DNA of 64,000 nucleotides from a virus. Both the position numbers and the translations under genes were made by a program. Of the stretch, positions 57,747 to 64,000 are shown one piece after another. Each line of letters starts with the position of its first letter. Position 1 is the first letter of the stretch. The notes under the pieces are model-generated. The model searched no databases and was not told where the DNA came from. It saw only the letters and a list, made by a program, of their open reading frames with translations. The stretch covers positions 64,001 to 128,000 of IMG/VR virus record IMGVR_UViG_3300023184_000033. One strand, given 5' to 3'.

Positions 57747-58664
57747 TTATATCGTTGATCTGTTAGCGGATGAGGAAATCGAAGCCATTGATGTTGATGT
57801 TGAAACTGTATTTGCTATATTGGCGGTTGTAGGCATCGAACTTGCAATTGATTTAATCGTCACTGATGCAGTATTTGCGGTATCAGCAGTAACTGATTGA
57901 GTCAATGTGCTTTGTGCTGTTGTTAAAGATGCTGCGCCAGTCACAGAACTTGCAGATTTATTTAACTTGGTGCTTGTAAGAGCTCCTAACGATTGTACTT
58001 CTGCAACTGTCTTACCGGCTAAGGCAACTGTTGTTGTTATTGTTTTAATAATTTCTTTACCATCATTCATAATCTCTTTTATGTCTTTTCCAATTCCACT
58101 ATCGGGACCATCACTTTCAAACAAAGTGTCAATAAAAACTTTTCCAATTGCAGAAATAAGAGCAGTTAAACATTCACGTAAATATTTTAGAAAACGTGCG
58201 GGTAAACCAAGAATCCAAGCAATAACCGCTTTAATATAACCAATAAATTTAATAACTTTAATTAAAAATTTTGCAATTGGTTTAATATAGGTATTAACAT
58301 AGTATTTAATTTCTTGTACGATTGCTTTAACTTTATTGATAATTGTGGAAATAACTCCTGATGGATCACCAAGTCCTAAAAACCTTTTAATTGCACGAAC
58401 AGCTTCTCTAACTGCTGTCAACATTGCTTTAATATATTTTTTAAGTCCAATTCTTCTTGAAAGATTGATACCAAAATCACAATGATGAGCAAGTCTATTA
58501 CTCATTTTGTCGATAGTTGTATCTTTCATCACACCTCTGGCTGCACGTGGTGTAGTAGGAGTTCCTTTTATGCGAGAATCACCCTTTTCCTTTGGTTTAG
58601 GTGGGTTAGATTCTTTACCATCAGCTGCCGCTGGAGCTAACTCTGGATATGGTTCATCGTTCAT
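57747..58664 (-). CDS. Hypothetical helical protein, possibly the gp5 middle segment
   Basis: PTTPRAARG resembles the post-OB motif of gp5; basic amphipathic helices. Confidence 0.6.
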   Translation of the reverse strand: MNDEPYPELAPAAADGKESNPPKPKEKGDSRIKGTPTTPRAARGVMKDTTIDKMSNRLAHHCDFGINLSRRIGLKKYIKAMLTAVREAVRAIKRFLGLGDPSGVISTIINKVKAIVQEIKYYVNTYIKPIAKFLIKVIKFIGYIKAVIAWILGLPARFLKYLRECLTALISAIGKVFIDTLFESDGPDSGIGKDIKEIMNDGKEIIKTITTTVALAGKTVAEVQSLGALTSTKLNKSASSVTGAASLTTAQSTLTQSVTADTANTASVTIKSIASSMPTTANIANTVSTSTSMASISSSANRSTI

Positions 58665-58879
58665 TTTATTCCTGATGCATTGAGGTTTAAATTTATAATG
58701 TCACGATAGTGTGAAGCACATTCTTCATGTTGTTCGTCAACACAAATTTCATCATGGCAATGAAATTGTTTCATTCTTTCATCATATTCTTCTTGTGTTA
58801 TTAATTCCGCCTGTAGATGTGCGTTCATTACTTCAATTTCGTGTGCCATTAAATGCAATTTATATAATTCGTGACTCAT
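58661..58879 (-). CDS. Small His/Cys-rich hypothetical protein
   Basis: 72 aa; GAGGAG RBS; abuts or overlaps both neighbours. Confidence 0.6.
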   Translation of the reverse strand: MSHELYKLHLMAHEIEVMNAHLQAELITQEEYDERMKQFHCHDEICVDEQHEECASHYRDIINLNLNASGIK

Positions 58880-59221
58880 TTAAGCCTCCTCTAACTCAGA
58901 ATTATCTGTATCTGCCGGATCATTTTGTAATCCAGGTAAAACGCCCATCATCACCGGTGATTGTCCAGATAAACCATCAGTAAAAAATCCAACGACCCAA
59001 TCACCAATTCTTGGTGGTGAAAATGTATTTGAATTATTTATGGGTAACAGTGGAATAGCCCACGGTAAATCTTCTGTTGGCAATAGTTCTATATTATCAG
59101 TATGCCATCCAAAGATTCTACATTGACAACGACCAAGACCCATCGTATCTATTCTATTTTCTACAATACCCATCCACCAAATAAAACCATCTTTACCTAA
59201 AAAGTTTTCCATTATATCCAC
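58880..59221 (-). CDS. gp5: Baseplate hub gp5 N-terminal OB-fold as a stand-alone gene
   Basis: FIWWMGIVE.R.D...LGRC.CRIFGWH, LPTEDLPWA and G.WV.GFF.DG...Q.P.MMG. Confidence 0.88.
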   Translation of the reverse strand: MDIMENFLGKDGFIWWMGIVENRIDTMGLGRCQCRIFGWHTDNIELLPTEDLPWAIPLLPINNSNTFSPPRIGDWVVGFFTDGLSGQSPVMMGVLPGLQNDPADTDNSELEEA

Positions 59222-60606
59222 ACCTCTTTCATTCCATCTACCAATTTTTGCAAATTGGAATCATTATCATTATCAACATATGTTGCACTTTCTGTTCCAC
59301 TATCTTTTGCCAATTCCAATATAGTTTGATATGCACTAATTGATGGTTGAATAATATGTCTTGCAGCTGTAACCAAATACTTACCTGAATAATTAATATC
59401 TAATTCGCCATTGTTTTGTATGGACGGAAGAGATATCTCCACAACTTGGCCAACCATAAGACCAGAAAAACCAGGTACAACAATTTTTATGGTTGTTAAC
59501 ATAGATAATGCAATTTGTGCTGTTCTGTTTGGAATAAAGGTTTCAACATAAATGTCTTTAGTATCGGAATTCGTATCCGAAAGATATTCATTTTTTTCTT
59601 GGTTCGAATTTCCTGTTGCCAACTTCAATGAACCATCATAACCAGTATATAATTCTTTACCAAATCTATTTTTTAAATTGTTTATTATTGAATTACCATT
59701 TAGAGAAGTTGTATCCGTATCAGCATTATACTTATTATAATTAAAAGTAGTTTGTGTTTTCTTTCTTTGTATTGGGTCTAGAGATATCAATTTATTGGCA
59801 AACGCACCAGAATTAATTCCTTGTAATACATCATAAGCTTTTGGAAATTCAAAAGATATAATAACTTTCATCTTTTCTTCTAATGGTTGTTCTACATCAT
59901 TTAGATTTCTTCGTTCATATTTAAAATCTCTATAGGTTGTGTCTTTAAACATAGACTGCAAAGACCTAAAATTATATCCATTTTTTGTTTCAAAGAACAA
60001 CATGTCAGCACCTATACCTTCGGCCGGTCTTGCATAATTAGATAACCAACTTATTGCTTCAAATGGTTTCAATCTAGGTACAACAAAATTATATGTCCCA
60101 ATTGTGTCTTCTATTGTGGAAATTCTTTCTGTTGGTATTTCTAATTGTTCCGTCAAAATATCATATATGATATCATTTACTTGATATCCCATATAAGATT
60201 TACTAATTTTTGTTTGTTCTGAGAGCGTCAATTCATCCGAACAAAAATATAATGTATAATACTCTGACATAAAGTTGCCAGAATTATTTCGGTCTGCTAA
60301 TTTGTAAACTTTGTATGTTTTTTCGTGTTTGTCTGGATCATCAGCAGATTTCCCATAAACAATTCGTATGTACTCATTCCCAGCTAACTTAAATGCTTCT
60401 ATTAAACCAAGAGCATCTTCTACTTTTACATAACCAGACACAGAAAAACTAAAAATATCTTCATTTATCGATAATTCACGTAATATTTTACGCAAATCAA
60501 TACTTTCACCATTTGTCGCAAAAAGTCTAATTTCCTCTAAGTGATAATTTTCAGAGTAATATACACCTTTCGAATCTTCTACTGTATCAAAATTTACTGT
60601 GGCCAT
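59212..60606 (-). CDS. Baseplate hub protein (gp27-like)
   Basis: INEDIF, GNE, P...PFEAI.WL, FFET..GYNFRS and SGKYLVTA.RH; directly upstream of gp5. Confidence 0.65.
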   Translation of the reverse strand: MATVNFDTVEDSKGVYYSENYHLEEIRLFATNGESIDLRKILRELSINEDIFSFSVSGYVKVEDALGLIEAFKLAGNEYIRIVYGKSADDPDKHEKTYKVYKLADRNNSGNFMSEYYTLYFCSDELTLSEQTKISKSYMGYQVNDIIYDILTEQLEIPTERISTIEDTIGTYNFVVPRLKPFEAISWLSNYARPAEGIGADMLFFETKNGYNFRSLQSMFKDTTYRDFKYERRNLNDVEQPLEEKMKVIISFEFPKAYDVLQGINSGAFANKLISLDPIQRKKTQTTFNYNKYNADTDTTSLNGNSIINNLKNRFGKELYTGYDGSLKLATGNSNQEKNEYLSDTNSDTKDIYVETFIPNRTAQIALSMLTTIKIVVPGFSGLMVGQVVEISLPSIQNNGELDINYSGKYLVTAARHIIQPSISAYQTILELAKDSGTESATYVDNDNDSNLQKLVDGMKEVWI

Positions 60607-60609
60607 TTT

Positions 60610-61206
60610 TTATTGTTTAAATAATTTAGTAATTTCAGTTTCAATTTGCGACACATAACCAGCGTTTATAAGATTAATATTGCGTTTGGCTTCATTTTTT
60701 TCATTTTCCATTGTGTATATATTAACTACTCGGACCTTTTCCGAAATAACACAATCAATAGTACTTGTTTGATATGATTTGGTTACTGGTGCAAAATTGT
60801 CATATTCATTTTTATTAATTGAAACGATGTCAACCGTATTAGTATTTGTAAGTTTGTCAGTAGTTGTAATTATTTTTTCATAATGATCCACCGTAGCAAA
60901 AATGTCATTATTTGGATATTTTTTGGCCAAATAATCAGACATTACACTCTGAGACAATGGCCAGTCCCATTGTGGATTAATGATTTTATTTGCAAATAAT
61001 ACCAACCAATAACGATATACATCACCATAATATTTGTGAGCTATAATTTCTGGAGTATCACCTTCTTGTATGTCATAATTATAAAATACCATTGGGTTTG
61101 AAAATAAACCAGGAATAATACTAGACCTAGCTAATAAATTTGTCCTTATGGTTGAATTACCATTTTCGGTTACAATTATTTTTGGTAGTGCATTAAAATA
61201 TTTCAT
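60610..61206 (-). CDS. gp53: Baseplate wedge gp53 (LysM-like)
   Basis: YF..LP, Y.I.EGDTPE.IA.KYYG...YWLVL..N, DWPL and E...NE.KR.I. Confidence 0.9.
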   Translation of the reverse strand: MKYFNALPKIIVTENGNSTIRTNLLARSSIIPGLFSNPMVFYNYDIQEGDTPEIIAHKYYGDVYRYWLVLFANKIINPQWDWPLSQSVMSDYLAKKYPNNDIFATVDHYEKIITTTDKLTNTNTVDIVSINKNEYDNFAPVTKSYQTSTIDCVISEKVRVVNIYTMENEKNEAKRNINLINAGYVSQIETEITKLFKQ

Positions 61207-61208
61207 CT

Positions 61209-62153
61209 TTAATATCCGTTTTCAACACCAGTTTGACCATCCCTATCAATAAGTGACAATTCTTTAAAATCTACTTTCATTTTAATATTTACAGGTGAAC
61301 CATCTTGGTGTGTTGACCATCCATTTGGTGCATAATCAATCTCAACATTTGTTACCACAGAATCTGCAACTTTATTAACATACGTATTTCTTCCATCTAA
61401 GAATCTAAAGTCGATTTCGAAAATTGATGGCGGAGTAAAAGCCATGCCATAAGATCCTTCCATAGTTCTTGGACGTGAATACATTTTGAAAGCTTCAATG
61501 ATATTTCTGACAGATGTTGTTTCTTTTTTTGATTTTGGCATAAAAATAAATTCAAAAGAAAATGTTCTTAGGGGTATGCCATCAAATATTACTTGTTGGT
61601 TTGGATTGATTGCTATTCCTTGTGATTTTAAAAATAATTTACTTACATCATTAGAAGCTATACCAGAAAGTGTTTTTGCAGCACCGCCAATGACGCCTGG
61701 TAATTTTGATAAAGCATTACCTTCGGCCAAAGGATTAAGAATTATTTCACCATAACTGGCTTGATAATCAAATTGAACCGAATCGGGAATATATAATGAT
61801 ATCTCTGCAACTTGTTGAGTTAATCTAGGATTCAAAGTGGTATTGACTTTATTAATTAATGATTTAGTAGAATCTGTGGCCTTGTCTATGAGTTTACCGA
61901 ACTGGCCAGTTAATGTACCCTCTTTGTCAAACGTTAATGATAGGTCGGTGCCGGATTCCAATTCAAAAGGTTCTATATCATAAATTCTAAAGGTAATATA
62001 ATGAGCTCTTGTACCACTAGCCAAGTCATCGGGATATTTCAGCATATCCAAACCAAAAGGATCACCAAAAAGCGCACCCAAAGGACCTCCGGCCTTAGAC
62101 ATGCCGGGAATATGCACGCCGAAGATTGAAGTTGGAAATGAAATGACAGCCAT
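61209..62153 (-). CDS. gp48: Baseplate tail tube cap gp48
   Basis: L.YP.DL, I.LYIP, NP.Q..IF.G..LRTF.F.F.F.PKS and F.EL. Confidence 0.85.
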   Translation of the reverse strand: MAVISFPTSIFGVHIPGMSKAGGPLGALFGDPFGLDMLKYPDDLASGTRAHYITFRIYDIEPFELESGTDLSLTFDKEGTLTGQFGKLIDKATDSTKSLINKVNTTLNPRLTQQVAEISLYIPDSVQFDYQASYGEIILNPLAEGNALSKLPGVIGGAAKTLSGIASNDVSKLFLKSQGIAINPNQQVIFDGIPLRTFSFEFIFMPKSKKETTSVRNIIEAFKMYSRPRTMEGSYGMAFTPPSIFEIDFRFLDGRNTYVNKVADSVVTNVEIDYAPNGWSTHQDGSPVNIKMKVDFKELSLIDRDGQTGVENGY

Positions 62154-62181
62154 CGTTATCTCTCTTTTAAATGAATATACA

Positions 62182-62189
62182 TATTTATA
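62182..62189 (-). promoter_or_regulatory. T4 late promoter TATAAATA for gp48, overlapping the gp4 start
   Basis: Exact consensus at the divergent junction. Confidence 0.65.
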
Positions 62190-62623
62190 TGGCTTATTCA
62201 GGATATTTTAGACCAAAGCACCCGCAAAAGTATGTGGGTGACTATAAAAACATTGTTTATCGTTCGTCATGGGAGTGCCGAGTGATGGATTGGCTTGACC
62301 GCAATCAAGATATCATCAGTTGGGCTTCAGAAGAACTTATAATACCTTATATATCGCCGGTTGATAACCGCCAACACAGATATTTTCCAGATTTTCTTGT
62401 AAAAATGAAAACGAGAGAAGGTAAAACTAAAACTGTACTGATTGAGGTCAAACCTAAGTATCAAACACAACCACCAATTCAAAAGAAACGCATAACAAAA
62501 CAATATATCAATGAAGTTACAACATGGGGTGTAAATCAATCCAAATGGAAAGCGGCCAACGAATATTGTCTTGACAGGGGTTGGGAGTTTTTAATTATAA
62601 CCGAAGACCATCTTGGTCTCTAA
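62189..62623 (+). CDS. gp4: Head completion nuclease gp4 (TnsA-like)
   Basis: G.F.P.HPQKY.GD...IVYRSSWE, W.SEE, HRYFPDF, EVKP and N..KW.AA. Start set at MAYSG. Confidence 0.92.
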   Translation: MAYSGYFRPKHPQKYVGDYKNIVYRSSWECRVMDWLDRNQDIISWASEELIIPYISPVDNRQHRYFPDFLVKMKTREGKTKTVLIEVKPKYQTQPPIQKKRITKQYINEVTTWGVNQSKWKAANEYCLDRGWEFLIITEDHLGL

Positions 62624-62631
62624 CATAAATA
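62624..62631 (+). promoter_or_regulatory. Late promoter variant CATAAATA (gp2)
   Basis: Lies 4 nt before the gp2 ATG. Confidence 0.55.
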
Positions 62632-62635
62632 CACG

Positions 62636-63232
62636 ATGGCATCTAAATTAACACAACTTACCCAAGAAAAGACCGCTGCAGAACTTCAAAGTATGTCCCG
62701 TGAGGCATACAAATGGTTGCTGCGTAAAGTCGCATTTATTAGAAATCCAAGGTCTATACCACCCACAATTAAAAGGGAACAAGACCGATATACAAATAGA
62801 CCACTATTGGGCAAGATGTATTTTTTCTATTATGATCCAAAAACAAAAACTGAACTACCATACTATGATACTTTCCCGTTGGTATTAGTATTGGACAAAT
62901 ATGCTGATGGTTTCTTAGGGTTGAATTTGCATTACTTGCCACTTAAATACCGAGTAATATTCCTAGACAAATTGATGCAATATGCACGATATGATGATGA
63001 TGATGAGGTCAAGAAGATTAAGATAACCTATGACATCCTGGACTCAGCCAGAAGGCTTCGAGAGTTTAGACCTTGTCTGAAACGTTATCTATATTCACAC
63101 GTTAAGTCTAGGATATTAACCGTGCAACCGGCAGAAATAGACGTTGCGGTATTTTTACCAATTCAAAGATTCGTAAAAGAAAAGGCACAGACAGTTTGGA
63201 AAGAATCTGTGCAACAAATAAGGAATAGTTAA
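62636..63232 (+). CDS. gp2: DNA end protector gp2
   Basis: GKMYFF.YDPK.K..LPYYD.FPL, GLNLHYLP and K.YL..HV. Confidence 0.92.
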   Translation: MASKLTQLTQEKTAAELQSMSREAYKWLLRKVAFIRNPRSIPPTIKREQDRYTNRPLLGKMYFFYYDPKTKTELPYYDTFPLVLVLDKYADGFLGLNLHYLPLKYRVIFLDKLMQYARYDDDDEVKKIKITYDILDSARRLREFRPCLKRYLYSHVKSRILTVQPAEIDVAVFLPIQRFVKEKAQTVWKESVQQIRNS

Positions 63233-63234
63233 AA

Positions 63235-63828
63235 ATGGCAGGTAATGTTAACGATTTTAAGGCAAGTTTTGCTAAGGACCTGGCAAAGTCGAATAAATTT
63301 GATGTGGTTATACCAGTACCATTATCACTCATATTTTGGGTTAACAAGGCTAAAACTCTCACTATGAGATGTGAAGAAGCACATTTACCAGGAAGAACAC
63401 TTGCAACAATGGACCTTAAAATTGGATCTAGTCCGGTTGAAAAATATCCATATGCAACAACATATAACGATATCGATCTAACATTTATGTTGGATGACAC
63501 AATGGATCACAAAGTATTTTTTGATTCATGGATGAACTACATCAGTCCGGTATATACTTGGAATCTTCGTTACAAAGACGATTACACAACAACAATCACC
63601 ATTAACCAATATGATTCATTGAATAAAAAAAGTTATTCTATTGATTTGTATGAAGCGTATCCAATATCAATAAATCAATTGGATTTATCATGGGGGAGTG
63701 AAGGTTATCATAAATTGAATGTAACTTTTGCATACACATCTTGGTATAATAACTCAATACAGAATATTGGAAATGATTTACTTGACCTTGGTGCTGCAGC
63801 ATTCGCAGATTTCCTTAATGATGATTGA
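63235..63828 (+). CDS. gp54: Baseplate tail tube initiator gp54 (gp19-like fold)
   Basis: AK.N.F.V, CE...LPG, FFD.W and EAYP..I....L; synteny. Confidence 0.75.
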   Translation: MAGNVNDFKASFAKDLAKSNKFDVVIPVPLSLIFWVNKAKTLTMRCEEAHLPGRTLATMDLKIGSSPVEKYPYATTYNDIDLTFMLDDTMDHKVFFDSWMNYISPVYTWNLRYKDDYTTTITINQYDSLNKKSYSIDLYEAYPISINQLDLSWGSEGYHKLNVTFAYTSWYNNSIQNIGNDLLDLGAAAFADFLNDD

Positions 63829-63869
63829 TGTAAAATTAATAAATAGTTTTTTTTGAAAGTGAGAATAAA

Positions 63870-64000
63870 ATGTTACCAAAACTTGACGTACCAACCTATG
63901 AACTAGACTTGCCGTTATCAAAGAAGAAGATTAAGTATAGACCTTTTTTAGTAAAAGAACAGAAAAATCTTCTAATGGCTATGGAATCAAAAGATTCTAA
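63870..64000 (+). CDS. gp26: Baseplate hub assembly protein gp26, N-terminal part; truncated at window edge
   Basis: Manual translation gives MLPKLDVPTYELDLPLSKKKIKYRPFLVKEQKNLLMAMES. Confidence 0.88.
   Translation, partial: MLPKLDVPTYELDLPLSKKKIKYRPFLVKEQKNLLMAMESKDS

Noticed and set aside
56818-59221. Stop-codon recoding as the cause of the split gp5
   Set aside because: All other genes are intact under the standard code, the OB-fold gene ends in TAA, and the following pieces have their own starts.
62189-62623. TnsA transposase or mobile element
   Set aside because: Sequence and synteny match the T4-like head completion protein gp4; no other Tn7 genes or ends are present.

Overview
This 64 kb window is an AT-rich segment of a large lytic T4-like myovirus with cyanophage/pelagiphage-type gene order; the host cannot be determined from the sequence. 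Almost all genes lie on the minus strand. From the left they are: gp46 (partial), gp47, a cytidylyltransferase, gp55 sigma, uvsW, uvsY, gp3, head genes gp23/22/21/20, tail tube and sheath gp19/18, terminase gp17/16 and neck gp15/14/13. An accessory fibre/virion-decoration region follows (about 18-47 kb), then baseplate genes gp8/7/6/25, a fragmented gp5, hub, gp53 and gp48, and finally a divergent plus-strand set gp4/gp2/gp54/gp26 (partial). The accessory region interleaves fibre-like genes with modifying enzymes in three groups. (i) A heme oxygenase plus PcyX-like bilin reductase pair sits inside the neck operon. (ii) Two very Cys-rich paralogs are followed by a GT9-like glycosyltransferase and a NodU/CmcH carbamoyltransferase, which sit behind their own near-consensus sigma70 promoter. 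(iii) A Gly-X-Thr collagen tail fibre is followed directly by a 2OG-Fe(II) hydroxylase and a GT4 glycosyltransferase. Several fibre and baseplate proteins are strongly enriched in the tripeptide ANT. Together these suggest, as inference only, a phage-encoded virion post-translational decoration system. No tRNA, rRNA, CRISPR array, intron, intein or transposase was recognised.
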